A stretch of 59,556 nucleotides of DNA, the filler included, from Sphacelaria rigidula (Eukaryota), in the NCBI GenBank assembly GCA_964200075.2. It is 7 parts of 7 records of this genome, joined end to end, with 100 filler letters (N's around TTAATTAATTAA, not from the genome) between each part and the next. Parts side by side here need not be neighbours in the genome. Positions count along the whole stretch, not along the records: positions 8,524 to 16,946 come from CAXNAA020011191.1; positions 17,047 to 25,469 come from CAXNAA020011192.1; 5 more parts are not named here. One strand, 5' to 3'. Below are positions 10,863 through 23,852 of this stretch, in pieces. Every line of letters begins with the position of its first letter. Position 1 is the first letter of the stretch. The notes under the pieces were generated by a model. That model saw only the letters and a program-made list of their open reading frames with translations, was not told the DNA's origin and searched no databases. The position numbers were made by a program, and so were the translations under genes.

Positions 10863-12939
10863 GCTGCACTGTATGACCATTTTCTTCGCGACAATTCTGG
10901 GACTAGTTTGGGGAGGGCTACTGTTCTGGGGATGATTGGGGCCAATTTTGGGCACTATGTACCTGGAAAATGGACTGACCAACTACACAGTCGGTGGAAT
11001 GCAGAAGAGAGGGAACCTGAATGAGCCAATCAGTATCAATCACAAGTACACGCGTCACTCGAATTGACGACGACGCTCATACAAAATGCACTATTACTAC
11101 CACAGTACATTCTACAACAAACCTGTGACTGACGTTGCTGTACACCTGTACACAGGGTTACAACAACAGGAGGATGGAAGGTGCTGCTCGTGTTGTTGTT
11201 GTGCCCGTCTTGTTGCGGTATGTTGTTGTGCTTATCTATTCCACTCTATTTTCTCGGCAACGAAGCAGAGGATTGGACTGCGGTTTGATGCATGCGCTTC
11301 CCACACACCAGAACTATCAAGTGTGGTGAGCAGGTTTCCGTAACGCGTGCCGCGGAGGCCGCAGCACTTTGCAAACCGCTACACCAAACACGAAATGTAC
11401 TGAAAACACGTTTCCTGCAACGTTCTGGGGCTTTTTTGATCCGCTGTGGCGATTTGAGCAACTCCGCCGCCACACTGAACAGATCTAGTGTGTGTACGGG
11501 GGTCTGTGTAGTGCCACAGGTCTGTTTGCTTCTGTCTCGAGAACTGCGCGATGAAAAAGTTACAGCTGTCGCATACTAAGCCTAGGTAGCTTGGGATGGA
11601 GCGTGTGTTATGCTCGGCAGAGGTTCGGCACAGGTCCGAACAGTTCATGACGTCTTCAATATGTCTTCAATACCCCTCTGCGTTCATTTTATTTTTTGTG
11701 GGAAACGGAGTTTTGGTCGGTAAGGCCCTCATTCTCCCCTAACTGTATCGCCGCATCCCTCCGATCTGCGCCACCCGAGGCACCGAAAGAAAGCAGACGG
11801 TGGGAGTATCGGCACACGACACACCATCATGAATGGGTGCTGGATGTTCGATTACTCGTGATGGACTGGGGAGGGGGGGGGCGGGATGCACCCTACGAGA
11901 GCATTATCTCTTTCGGCTGGATGACATGGATTCATCTTTGTGCTTGCACATGGTTCGCGTTCTCCTCGCTTGTACTCCCGTGTCTTTTGTTTGCTCAGCA
12001 ACGACTTGCACAACCCAGCAACGAGCAGCTGCGGTAGAAGCAGGATACTCTCGGTTCACCAAGAGAACACGGCTTTTCCTCCGTCCCCATTCATCCAGGA
12101 CACGACAGGGCCACACGCCAGCCAATAGTGCCCAACAACACCATCGTGTGAGCCTTTCAGACTGCAGACACTTGGAGCACGATGTACTCGAGGTGATCCA
12201 ACATTGACTATACTGTATCGTACTATAATATGTCGCTGGTCCACACTTGAGCTCGACTGCTCAACACTAAGTAATCACACCATGTAATAAGGGAAAACGT
12301 TTTTCCCAATGGTGGCCTCGCGTAAGGTCGCATTAGTGGAACCATCTAGCGGTCAGAAATCTACGTTCAAGTGCCGGGCAGTCAGTTAGAACGACGGGTG
12401 ATGTCGGTTCTATCCGTCGGCAAAACGTCTAGGAAGTCGGTTGAAGTCGGAAAACCTGCCATAACTCGACAACTACGGCGACCTAGGTAGAGGGGTTGGG
12501 CTTGATTACATGCTCTTAATCGTCTAACCGTCAGGGTCTATTATCTGTTCGATGTCAGTCATTTTCCACGTGAGACATGAGTGGAAGGTCCCAACAGCCC
12601 ACCCTGAAGGTCGAAGGATAAGTTAGACGGAGCATTGTTTTGTCATACCCGTACAGCACAGCGAGACTGGGTTCTCAGGGTCGAACGCGAAGTGTGCCCA
12701 TTTCGGGGTACCTATACAAGGTAGGGTGTGAGGCAAGCCCATCGCCGTCCCCACGGTCAATGAAGAGGCTTACATGCATGAGCCCGATTACAATATTCAC
12801 CACCGCGCCACACCACATACTGGAGAATAACTCCATGACCCAGGGATAGCACAACATTTTCTGCATATCCCACCCCCTTCCCAGTCCTCCAAACCCACCA
12901 ATTTTCACCTTCAGGAGCCTAGGTGTCTTAGATTTCATC

Positions 12940-14990
12940 ATGCGGGATACGGGAACCTCTGTGCAAGAGCACCGTACCCTTCCCTGTTTTTCATGACGCA
13001 ACGTCTCGCTTCATACGGAAGGGGGTGAGCGCAGATACTTTTGATACTTTCATCATCTACTGGAGACGAAGGCGGACACAATCGGTACCATGATCGTAGT
13101 GGGGGTTCCCGCAGACCCCACTCCAGATGTCGTTCACTGCGGCGCCCACGATCCAAGCGACCCAAGGCGCGTCGAGCATGCTTGCGATGGCCAATCTGCG
13201 GAACAGCTGGAAGCAAGTATACGGGAGGACTGCACCATCCTCGAAGAAATCCAGGAAATCATCGTCAAGATGTGAAGAGAAGAGGAGGCTGTTCGGCTAT
13301 GAAACGACGCTGTCATCACAGGTCACAGCAAAAGCAGAGGGGCCGGATTGAATGTGACAACTAGAGAGGTATGTGTGTCCCTGGTAGCACACTCCAGCAA
13401 AGTGCCACTTAACATTGTCGCGTACCCTGCTCAGTGCATACCTTAAGCGTAACAAACTCCGTCGAGAAGAACAGTGTGGATTCCGCACCCTACGCTCCAT
13501 ACAGGACATGATGCTCGTGATGCGCAGACTGCAGTACTTCAGCCGAACTGAAAACATCCCGCTGCACATGTGCTTCACTGCCCTAGCGGAAGCGTATGAC
13601 TAGGTCAACCGCACCCTTCTGTGGGCCATACTTGCGCGGTTCGAAAAACCCACCAAAATGATCGCAGTTATCCAACAATTCCACGACGGGTTGCGTACGT
13701 ATGCATGGCGGGGAGTCATCTGACAGGTTCGAAATTGGACAGGGGCTCTGACGGAGACGTGTGCTGAACCCACTGCCATTTACCACCTTCGTCGCTACCA
13801 TCCTGAGCACGGCGAAGGAGACGCTACTACGCGATAGAACCTTGATCAATGGCACGGTGCGAATCATGGACCGGAACAGGGGGGGAGGGAGGAAGGACGA
13901 GGAGGGGACACGAGGGGGAACCGTAGGGCCGGGTCGCGGCTGGAAGGAGGAGAAGGCGGAACAGCAGCTCGACGAGATGAGGGCTGGGGAGCACGGCAGA
14001 CATAAGGTCCGTTAGCAGCAGCTGTGGGCTATGGGGCACGCCGATGAAGCTGGGATTCTGTCAAGGTCACAGGCGAGCTTCGCCAAAGGCGACGATAGCT
14101 ACTGTCCAAGCGCGCGAAGCGTTAGGGTTGACCCTGTCGGAGAAGACGGATACCGTGCGCATGCCAGCACCGCAACAATAAGCAGACATTCCGGACATCA
14201 GTCCGCCGGGGTACCGATGCCCCCGAACAGAGAACTTCGCGTACCCACGAACCTCCACCAAGGCAGTGGCCGACAGAACGCTCGAGCTTTTACCTCGGAC
14301 CCGACTCACGTGGTGGAACACAGGAAGTTCGGCTAGGTGCTCTATGGCAGAGGAACATCTGCCGCACCCCTTGCCCTCAAAGGCCGGATGCTACAAGCCG
14401 AAGTGCTCGGGGTCTCACTCTACGGGTTCTCAAGGTGGACGCTAAAGCAGACCCGCCACGACACACTTGATCTTGAATGATTGATTGTCGCACTTCAAGT
14501 GACCCCCCAGGGACCAAGCCGTGGTAACATGATAGACGCACCCAAGACAAAACAAAACTGCACACGATATACCACAGATTCCTACTCCGGTGAATCAAAC
14601 AATTCCGCAAGCCCATGGAAGGTATTTTTCACCACGTGGATGCTGTCGTGAGGACGCGATGCGAGAGTATCGACCAAACAATCCGCAGACGGGGGGACTC
14701 CTGTTTGGCTAGAAAAATTCGTACGCCTGGACAGCGAACGATGGGCTAAGAGGATAAAGGGCGGAGTCTTGGACGGGAAGGAGGGGAGCGCAAAGGTGGG
14801 GACGGAAAATAACCGGTGAACATGCCTGATAGACGACCCGAGAAAAAAAAAAGTTTGAGCCTGACAAGCGGAGAAAAAACGCCGAAACATCTAGTGGCAC
14901 GACCAGGTGAACGATGAAGCGGCGAAATTCATGACGACCTGAGCAGCCGGGAAGAAAGCCGCTAGTGAGAAAAGACACAAGGGAGAGGGA
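12940..14990 (+). mobile_element. Degenerate non-LTR retrotransposon (RTE-type LINE), reverse transcriptase region, 5'-truncated
   Basis: Ordered RT motifs across stops and frameshifts: YFHHLLETK, KAEGPD, EEQCGFRTLRSIQDMMLVMRRLQ, LHMCFTALAEAYD*VNRTLLWAIL, VLNPLPF and MGHADEAGI (decayed YADD). Confidence 0.9.
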
Positions 14991-15904
14991 TAGACGAACA
15001 CATATGTGGAAAACACCAAAATGAATGGGACGAACCCCAATTATCGCCTGCTGCGCGGCACAGCATGCATTGTATACGTTTTACGTCTCCTTCCTTCCGC
15101 CTTCCCACTTTTCTTGATGCTGCTTCATCCATATTTTTCAAATTTGTTATACTTTTCCTTTGAACTACCCGTGCCCTTTTCCCTTCCCCTCCTTCTCTCT
15201 CTCGTGGATTGCCTCTGCGCATGTCTACAATGCACAAGATGTACATACCAGTGAAAGAATATACATGGTGAGGTTTCTCTCGGCGACGTCTTTCGGGTTA
15301 CTTGCATGTTGTTGCTTGCATATTTAATGATCCGAGTTGTTCTGTCGAGCGTGTTTATAAGAGGGGGAGCGGACCATCTGTAGATCACCGCTGAAGTAAC
15401 GTACCCCCGACCAGGGGGTGATGCTCACTTGCGTGGTTACCAGGGGATCTTCGATTTTTTCATACCCTCACCGCGGGTCTGGATCAAAAAGGTGCACTGC
15501 TGCGAGGGGAACACCCCGCATTATCGTAATCATGGTTGAGAGGATTCATACTGGTCAAAATCTAGGCGCTTTGATCTCGTGTGGTGTCACCGCCATTCAC
15601 GACGTACGGCGAAAACCAGCTAAATCCCGCAAGTTGTCTTCACATAATCTTTGTTGGTGCCGGTATATTCTGCTTATCCCATGTTGTTGCTGAGAACAGC
15701 GTGCCAGTGTTCCGCCCGGCATTATTTACCCCTTTTTCAACGCACCTCTGCGAGGACATGAAAAAAAGGCACACGTATCTCTTGCACTACGCGGTCTATT
15801 GGAACAAAAAATATATGCACGTAATCTACGAACCACGAGAACTCAATCGCATAGTTTTCCGGAACTACACGCACGCCGCAAATGAAATAATGCCACAGAT
15901 GTTA

Positions 15905-16447
15905 TAGTGCTGGGCGCCTGAGCATTTTTTCGTTTAAATTGGTTTTTCTCGCGACTACTCTTCGATGGAACTCGAAAGGGCTAGCGTCGGTAGATTTTGG
16001 TAAAATGAATAGATCGTCTTCCCCCCTCAGGGCCAATTTTAGTGTTAGTTGGATATATAGAGCGATACCAGTAGATACACCGTTTACCAGGAGGGTGTTA
16101 TTGACCGTGAAACACAGTTTTTCGGCTCTAGTGCAGTGAGTAGGAATAATTTCAGAAAAAAAAACCTATCATTTCTTCACGAATACGATCGGGACAGGTT
16201 CGATCGACCGAAAATACCGAAAATTCAAAATCTGGGCTGAACCGTGTCAGGACCCCTGATGACCGGTCGGCCCGGCAGTCACTCAATATTGAGTACAAGT
16301 TATATTTTTTTCTTGGAATGTGGAGCGGATACAAGTATCTTCAGATCCCCAATATGAGGAGCGATAGCAAGCGAACGAGCTCGAGAAAATCGCCGAACTA
16401 CGAAGAAAACGCAAAATAATTACGAGTAGTTCAGGCGCCCAGTACTG
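15905..16447. mobile_element. Tc1/mariner-type MITE
   Basis: TIRs TAGTGCTGGGCGCCTGA / TCAGGCGCCCAGTACTG (consensus CAGT start), flanked by TA at 15903-15904 and 16448-16449. Confidence 0.75.
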
Positions 16448-17089
16448 TAGACACAACCTGGCAAAATTCTGGAACGTAAAAGTCTGCCTGACTTGGCTTT
16501 AGTATACCGCCCGTCTATAATGCTGCACACCCCGACTAGGTCATGAGCTAGCTCATCTACCGTGTATAGCTCATCATGGTGGAAATATGTGCAGATGAAT
16601 TACCTTCCTACAGCTCGAGCCGTGGAAAACATGTATATAGCTCATGTAAGTTCCTATTGCTCATCACAGAGAAATCATTTGTAGCTCATGTGGCTTCTAA
16701 CGGGGACAGATGAGCTAGGTCATGTAGCTCCCTACGAGTTGGGCCGCCCAAGAAGCTCACTTTCCTTCAGTCCGTTCTCACTTACGATGTACCGTGAGTT
16801 GTGCCTACTACGACACATCATTGTAATCGACGAATCAGCGAGCGTCTTCAAATTCATGTCGCACCACGATCCGAGAAGGTCCCATCAAACGAAATACCAA
16901 ACGGTCGTGAAGTGCGAAGCGTAGAGAGTTGAGGGTACCATATGCGNNNNNNNNNNNNNNNNNNNNNNNNNNNNNNNNNNNNNNNNNNNNTTAATTAATT
17001 AANNNNNNNNNNNNNNNNNNNNNNNNNNNNNNNNNNNNNNNNNNNNGAAGTTTTTCCGACTGTGTTTCATCCTTAACAAAAAGTACCAT

Positions 17090-17540
17090 CCTCAACATAG
17101 ATGATTCGCTGTTCAGTGAGAAAAAAGAAGATCAAACTAACCCACTTTCTTTTGTCAATTATGCCCTAGTCGCGGCTCACACAAAGTTTCAATACACAAA
17201 CACCAACCGTGGGCCGGTAAGTGGCCTGCAAAACACTGTTCCGAATTTCTTCTGACCCCGTCACTGAACGGCCCATGATACCGCATTATACCGCCAATAC
17301 TTAGAGTTGGACTTTGAAATTTGGTATGGACAATGAAGAGGACATGATGAAAAAAAATAGCCGATGCACACAAGTTTTTTTTTTTCCCCCATGAGTTGTT
17401 GGAGGCATTTCACCGATGTCTGAAAACTGATTTTTGCCCGTAACTCATGAACATAAAAAAACCTTGTTGTGTGCTCTAGTAATTTTGATTTTTTGCCCTA
17501 ATGATTTCCCATACCAAATTTCAGGGTCCAACTCTGGATG
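17090..17540. repeat. Dispersed AT-rich repeat with internal inverted repeats (related copy ~38150-38885)
   Basis: AAGTTTCAA..CACAAACAC..GGCCTGCAAAA.ACTGTTCCGAATTT is shared with 38547-38611. The inverted motif GAGTTGGA..TGAAATTTGGTATGG / CCATACCAAATTTC..TCCAACTC occurs in both copies. Confidence 0.7.
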
Positions 17541-19269
17541 TTGGCCGTACAATGGACCTGCAGACTACAGAATCGCTTCTCGGCTGGTCCAGCTCGTATG
17601 GAACGTGTAACGTGTACATTCCTGGTAATGCTGGTTGAAAAGGTCCTCATTCACCCCCACGACTATACATGGCGAAATATGGTCAGCCTCTTCTCTCCTG
17701 AACTCGATTCGAGAAGTAAAAGTGACTTCCCCCGCTTTCTGTCGTGGAGAGCTTCCAAAAGCGTACTTTTCTCTTCCGGGATGTACAACTTTCCGCAAAA
17801 GGTTGCGAACACGTGATTTTACAATTTGGGGATGTATTTTACATTGAGAATGAGAACGCGCAGAATCATAATCTTCGAATCCACACCAAATCTTCGAAAT
17901 ATGTTTCCATTTATTTTTTCACTTGCTGGGAGTTATTAGCAACTACCATACTCTATACAAATTTGAATTACGAAGAGATTTTCAATTCTCCCGGTTCTCA
18001 TCCCCAATGTAAGATCCATCCCCATTTAATTGGTGAAAATCACGTGTTAAACGCGGGCCACATTTTTTCGGACAAACATGGTCCCACCAGGTGACGGGTG
18101 AAAACCTGACGTAGTGTCGAAGTGAGCGTGTATACTCATTTCTGGCCCGTTTAAGGATAGTGCACTCTGACCAGTCACGTCAGGAGTCATTTCTTGTTGT
18201 CACACCGTCCCCTAAAACCATCGCGAGGTCGTATCTCATGGGGCATTACATGACCAAAAGGTTCCGATCAGACCACGCGACGCACTCGGCAGTAGCTGTA
18301 CGGTGGCATGGAACCTTTTCTACGCGTAATTTTGTGCTGGTGTTCGTGGCCCCGATGATACTCGACTGTTCGCTGGGACCATCCTGTCGGGGTACAGAGG
18401 GCTTAACCCACAGAGTGGTCCTCCAGAAGGCTCGGTCCAAGTGCGATTATAACATTAAATAGCTCAATCCGTTTTCATCATGAAACACACGAACAAGCCA
18501 CGCACGGCTCGTGCGCATTGTTTCGACGACGTGTTGCTGAGCAACTGACGCCCAAAGGCTGATGAAAACAGGTCTTGAGAGAAAAAAAATCAGGAGGTGC
18601 TGAAGGGGGGGGGGTAGTGTGGGTCCAGGAATATTTTCTTCACCCGCCCTTGGGGGGGTGGGACACTTACGGTAACTACCGGTAGGTGATGTCAAAACCC
18701 AATCTCAAGTAACATTACACTTGTGCGGGGACCAATCAACATACTGCGATCTTCCCGGGCTGGCGACCGACCGCACTATGCTGGGACCCCGTCCTGCTAC
18801 ACTTTCCTGAAGCTTCCTCCATGTTTCGAGCAAGGCAGGACTGGTTTGGTCCATGTTTGAACGTCATTTGGCTTGCACCACGTGGCCGTCTTCCGTTAAT
18901 TTTTTTGGTCACTCCAAAATTCATCACTTCAACCCAGGTAGCTACGAATTATCGACAAACACTGAGTCACTCACTAAACACAGACCACGCCAACATACGC
19001 CACATACATTTCTCTATTTTCTCCCTCGTCTGCTCCTACGGGGAAAACATCAAACGAACAACTGCTTAAAATCACCAAACCTGCGATTTCTTCGTGAATG
19101 CTCGAAGAGAGGAAAAAAATCCCCGCCGGGTCGAAACATTTCTCTAGCCAATTTTTGTACTACTCCGCGTACCCGGGGTGATCCGACGCTGAAAACAAAG
19201 CCCAAGGGTTACGTCGTTCGGTACGAAACAATCACACAAAAAGAAAGAAATTGTCAGACGAGTCACTAT

Positions 19270-20010
19270 TCGTCCCGCCCTTGAAACTATAAATTTCACA
19301 CAGGCGCTCGCCGACTTCAACAGTTCCAACTTTATCTGATAACATGCGGAGGTGGTCAATAGCACCGGAGCTTGGCTTCCAACACCATCTCAATCCAAGT
19401 ACTGCGAGGATCCGCCGCCTTTTCCACAAAAACTTCAGGCGCTATTTATTGAAACCTTCTTGACCGTTTTTCAGCGTGAGACACTCATGTGTATATTTAC
19501 ATTTCAACCTAACCTACTAGATTGGCCCGATCTTCTCACCACGTGAGCCTAAGGGCAAGGTATGCACACGGAATTGACCACACGTTCCCACCGTGAGACT
19601 ACGGCGGCAGCCATTGAGAACCATCGACTACATTTATCTTCTACCCGGAGAAAGTCGCAGCGTCGTAACGCCGTGAACCCAACAGTATCGCGGTTCTCGT
19701 TCAAGTACGGCCCAACTATACGGTGGACGGAGCGGCTTTTTGAACCAGTCAAGCTGTTGCTCCATGCCATTGGTTTCGCGAACCGGTGACTGACGACACC
19801 ATTTCGCATCCACCCACGGGTTCCAGACCGCCGTCAGGGTTTTTAGAGTTTCTCACCACAGCCACACTGCAAACAGTACACGATTATAAACCCAACATGG
19901 CTCGCCCTCATCCCACGGTATGTTCTCAGCAAACAATACACCCTAAATATATGTTCGAGACTCCGTCGCTGACTGCGCACGCACAAGCCACAAACCCGGA
20001 CGGCGATGCT
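19270..20010 (-). pseudogene. Highly degenerate Ty3/gypsy-like integrase fragment
   Basis: Ordered decayed motifs: IFRVYCLLRTYRGM..YCLQC (zinc-binding region), DFLRVEDKCSRWFSMAA (D.FSR-like) and RMLSDKVG (second catalytic Asp region). Many frameshifts. Confidence 0.45.
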
Positions 20011-20212
20011 CGCACGCTTCGCGGTTTAAATCGGGGCCCGGCCGTCTAGGATCTGAATTTTGTAATGCCCATTCTGTCCAACTCTTTCGCCTCAACTACA
20101 AGAGTCACGTCGATATGCCGTGAGGCAGTGCGAGCAAGGGCGACGAAATTATCTCATCCTGTCCAAATTGACCACGAACGGGTCCCCGTCCCCCCCCCCC
20201 CCCGCCCCAACC

Positions 20213-20926
20213 TCAGAATCCATCTACGTAACCCCAGCCACGAAGGTTTGTAGCACCGCGTTTTTTCTTTTGCACATACGATATCTCTACCCCCGGTGGT
20301 AACGCCTTACGCTGGTTGAAGCACACGCCAATTGTGATCTGCCTCAGACCAGGAGGCCACGAAACGCCATACAGCGATTGGATGTAGCCCACACCTAGCT
20401 TCAGAACCTCCAGATTTTCTGGCAGCGCCTTACCCAGATGGGTGTTGAATATGTCGGCGAACTTTACGCGCTTCAGGGTCGTTGGGAGATCCCCGGGCAA
20501 CAACTGACCGCCGTTGAACTGCGAGCCGAACTCCACGTCCTCCAGTGCCGGCGGCCACTGGAACGGTCCCTGGGTCGGCAGGTAAAAAGCCTGTCCGATG
20601 TACAGGCGCTTCAGGTCCCGCGGTAGGTCGCTCCCGTTGCGCAGCGCAGCGCGCGACTTGCTGTACTTGAGGAGGGACACGTTCAGGGCCGGCAGGCGCG
20701 GCGTTCGGCTGCGTTCCCCCCCGCTGCGGTCGTGGTGCGTCCAAACCCGCTTGGGGGTGGCCTTGCCCACCCGCAGGACGACCGGCCTGACGGGACGGGC
20801 GATCTGACAAACCGAGATTGTTGTCATCTGAAGCTCTTTCAGGTCGGACAGCGGCAACATCCCCACCTTGACCATCAAATCGAAGGCCTCGCCTTCAAGT
20901 TTCCGCCAATTTCGGTCAAGAGCACG
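20213..20926 (-). CDS. FNIP-repeat (LRR-like) protein with a possible N-terminal F-box-like segment
   Basis: GC-rich intronless frame with five ~19-23-aa repeats: LPRDLKRLYIGQAFYLP, WPPALEDVEFGSQFNGG, LPTTLKRVKFADIFNTH, LPENLEVLKLGVGYIQS, WPPGLRQITIGVCFNQ. The start is uncertain because of poly-G and an N gap upstream; an in-frame ATG lies at 20875. Confidence 0.8.
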   Translation of the reverse strand, partial: RALDRNWRKLEGEAFDLMVKVGMLPLSDLKELQMTTISVCQIARPVRPVVLRVGKATPKRVWTHHDRSGGERSRTPRLPALNVSLLKYSKSRAALRNGSDLPRDLKRLYIGQAFYLPTQGPFQWPPALEDVEFGSQFNGGQLLPGDLPTTLKRVKFADIFNTHLGKALPENLEVLKLGVGYIQSLYGVSWPPGLRQITIGVCFNQRKALPPGVEISYVQKKKRGATNLRGWGYVDGF

Positions 20927-21101
20927 GGGTGGCGGTGTTGGGGGGGGGGGGGGGTTTGCGCGCTTAATTTGGGAGGGGTGCCTCTCCCGGAGAAACAGCA
21001 AATGTGGTATCTGGTTGTTTGGCGGTNNNNNNNNNNCCCCCCCCCCTTGCCCAGCAAAGCGGGGGCCTCGCCTTAAGGTTCCCGCCAGTTGGGGCAAGGG
21101 G

Positions 21102-21133
<32 letters not shown>

Positions 21134-21991
21134 GTAGAGCGTGTTAATTGCGAGAGATTCACTACCCGGACATATTGTAAATAGTGTATCTGCTTGTGTG
21201 CATGTGAAAATGGCGATGACTTCTGTCGATGAATCTTTCCATCCGTGTGCCTCGAGTGTCAACATAGAATACACAGGATATACAGTACGATCGCTTTCTA
21301 ACCTTGTTCTGTGATCGTGTGCCGATATATTCCGGTCGTAGCATATCAAAGTTGGGCCACCTTGCGACAAAAATCGGTCTCTCCTGCAGACAAGCTGAGG
21401 AATGTGTTAGAGGTGGAGGCGCGTTGTCCGGCAACGACTGTCGGGTAAAAAACGTGAGGTGTGCATTGGGCTTGCTCCATTTGGAGGGGGGTATGACCCA
21501 TGAAAAAGCGTTTTTGGTGCGTCGCCAGAACGGGTGAACGCATGTGGCTTCACAGGAGTGATTCGTTAGCTAGTTTCCCTCAACCAAGGCTATGGACAGC
21601 GTTGTCATGCTCACGGGCACAAAATATCGATTTTCCGACAACAGTGGTGGTAGAGAACACTCTTCCGAAACGTGAGAGTGTTCCGAGGACGGAATGGTGT
21701 ACGCCGATATTCCGAGGCGAGGCTCGCAGCCCAAGGGTTAACAGCGCAAATGGGTGCGGAACACTATCGTGAGCTTTTAGTTCTTGAAAAACGTGTACGT
21801 GCGATCTTGCTTGTAGCTGTCAAGCGGTGCATCGAGCTGTAAAAAAAAGCAGCGTGACCCCACCGAGCTCTACAACTCTTCAGATGGACAACACGTCCAA
21901 TATGGCGTGACCTGCTGCTTGTCGCATATTACGCGGGTTGGCGTGTGCGGCAGCAAGGGCCCCACCGAAGGGCCGCCAGAGTCGGGCTTTC

Positions 21992-22770
21992 CAAGGTTGT
22001 GTTCTGCAGGGTGCGGGTATGTTTTGTAGGGTTTCCCAGAGAACTTACGGAAATGTCGGGTACCGGTATGAAAGTCTTCCGGTACGGGAGGTTCACAGAA
22101 AACGGTGCCGGCAATTGGGCATGTCTTCGAGGGCATATCGGCGCTCCGGGTACGGGGATACATCATGTGCAGAACTCGCACACCTGTCGGGCAGGGTACG
22201 GAGGCTGCACATAAAACCGTATCCGCAACCAGGGATCTTATCAAGGGCACACCCGTGGACTGTCGGGTACCGGTATGATGAAAGAGCCAGGTAAGGTAAT
22301 ACCCCGGGAAAATACCCCAGGTACACAGAAAACCATACTCGGAGAAACACGACTTTGCTTGTGGATACAAGCACAATTTTTCATAGGGAAAGAACTTGAG
22401 AAAACGATCGTTGGAACAACGCTCACGGGAGGGAATCAATGCCAAAAACTTGGCCGACTCTGAACGCCGTCTGTCTGCCGCGGTTTGAAACGGAGACATT
22501 TTTGTTCAGGAATAAAATGAGAGTTGACGGGTACTCGACAATTTTGAGTTCTGTAGGCCTTCTTTACACTTACCCGGTAATCCCGTAAGTTTTGCAAGAC
22601 ATAAACCCGTACCCGGGGGCGGGTATATTGTTGAAGAAATACTTTTCACGGGTTTGGTTTTCTGTGCAATCTCCACTCCCTACCCGGCATCGTCTGCGAG
22701 TTCTGTAAACCTCCCGTACCCTACCCGACAGGTTTTGTAAGCCCTGTAAGACTGTCATACAGGTATCCGA
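21992..22770. repeat. MITE-like element with modular GTCGGGTACCGGTATG / GGTACGGG subrepeats in inverted arrangement
   Basis: Modules on the plus strand at ~22055, 22080, 22148, 22186 and 22261, and reverse-complement modules at ~22605-22770. Confidence 0.6.
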
Positions 22771-23245
22771 TAGTTTTCAAGTTGGGGAGAACACACAGAC
22801 TGCACAATCATCACACATCACTTTTGCGCTTCGAACAAACATAAAACACTTTGTCCCCACCCCACTTCCGAATAGACTGGAATATAGCAGCTCAGGCAGT
22901 CTCCAGCACCGATCAAATAGTGTTCGTCGGATTCGAACGCATCACAGCGACAACTAAAATGCAGCATAGAAGAATGATAGATGCGTGCACGAAGGGCTTT
23001 GTTCGTTTAGAGGAAGACACAAAAACCAACACCATGGCGTTTTCATCAGTGTGCAGACAAACACTCCGTGCCGAAAGCAACTTTTGTCCCGATTGATACA
23101 TAGCACCAGTGCACTTCATGCGATACCCAGCATGGACCAAACCGTCTTCGTAGGGGTCGAACGCCCCACACTTCAGTGTTCGCTACAGCAGAGGAATGAT
23201 GGGTCTGGCAACGAAACACCTCGTTCGTTGCGAAAGACATGGTTT

Positions 23246-23852
23246 TAGAGTTGTGAGCTGGTTTGGCTGATCAGTTAACTGGTTGCAAAAAAATACGACC
23301 AGTTGCAGTACGAGTTGAAACTGGAAAACTGGCGGCGAAGCCGCCTCGCGACTGGGGCAGCGCGGCGGAGTCGCCCAAACCCCGGCTGCTTAAGGGACCA
23401 CGCTTGAGGCGCCGCCGGAGGCAAGAAAGTACGCCATTTGGCTTCACATCTTCTCAAAATCGCGGTAAATTCCATCTGCCTAGCGCCAGCAATTCGAGCA
23501 CGTAATCAGTGCACAAACGTAGATGTGCATGGGAAAAAAAGAAATGTCTCCGAACTTCGCGACGTGAATTGAAAAAACGAAGCGATGAGACAGGAGTGCA
23601 CCATAGATAGCGTCGAGGTACATATTTGTGCGGTCATGTCGTCCCTTTTGTAACAGCATCCCCACGCTCGTTGTAATACAATACTTTGAAAAACGGAGAT
23701 TTTGATATGAGTATGATACATATTTACACAGAATACTTCGGAGTATGACACACATATCGGGTAGAATGACTGGTTCAACAACAGGTCCGTTCACGAGTCG
23801 TATCAGTCACTTGTAAATGGCCAGTTAAGCTGGCGGCAATTTCACAACTTTA
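23246..23852. mobile_element. hAT-type MITE, older inverted copy of the 32788-33323 family
   Basis: Ends TAGAGTTGTGA.. / ..TTCACAACTTTA. The interior is the reverse complement of the 32788 copy. Flanking 8-mers CATGGTTT/CATAATAT match at 5 of 8 positions. Confidence 0.8.

Noticed and set aside
12620..12790. HDV-like ribozyme upstream of the LINE
   Set aside because: A CCG-TCCCCA-CGG hairpin is present, but P1, P1.1 and J4/2 could not be assembled convincingly.
16255..16285. Hammerhead core CTGATGA followed by a stem
   Set aside because: No GAAA follows the stem. The other CTGANGA sites I checked also failed.
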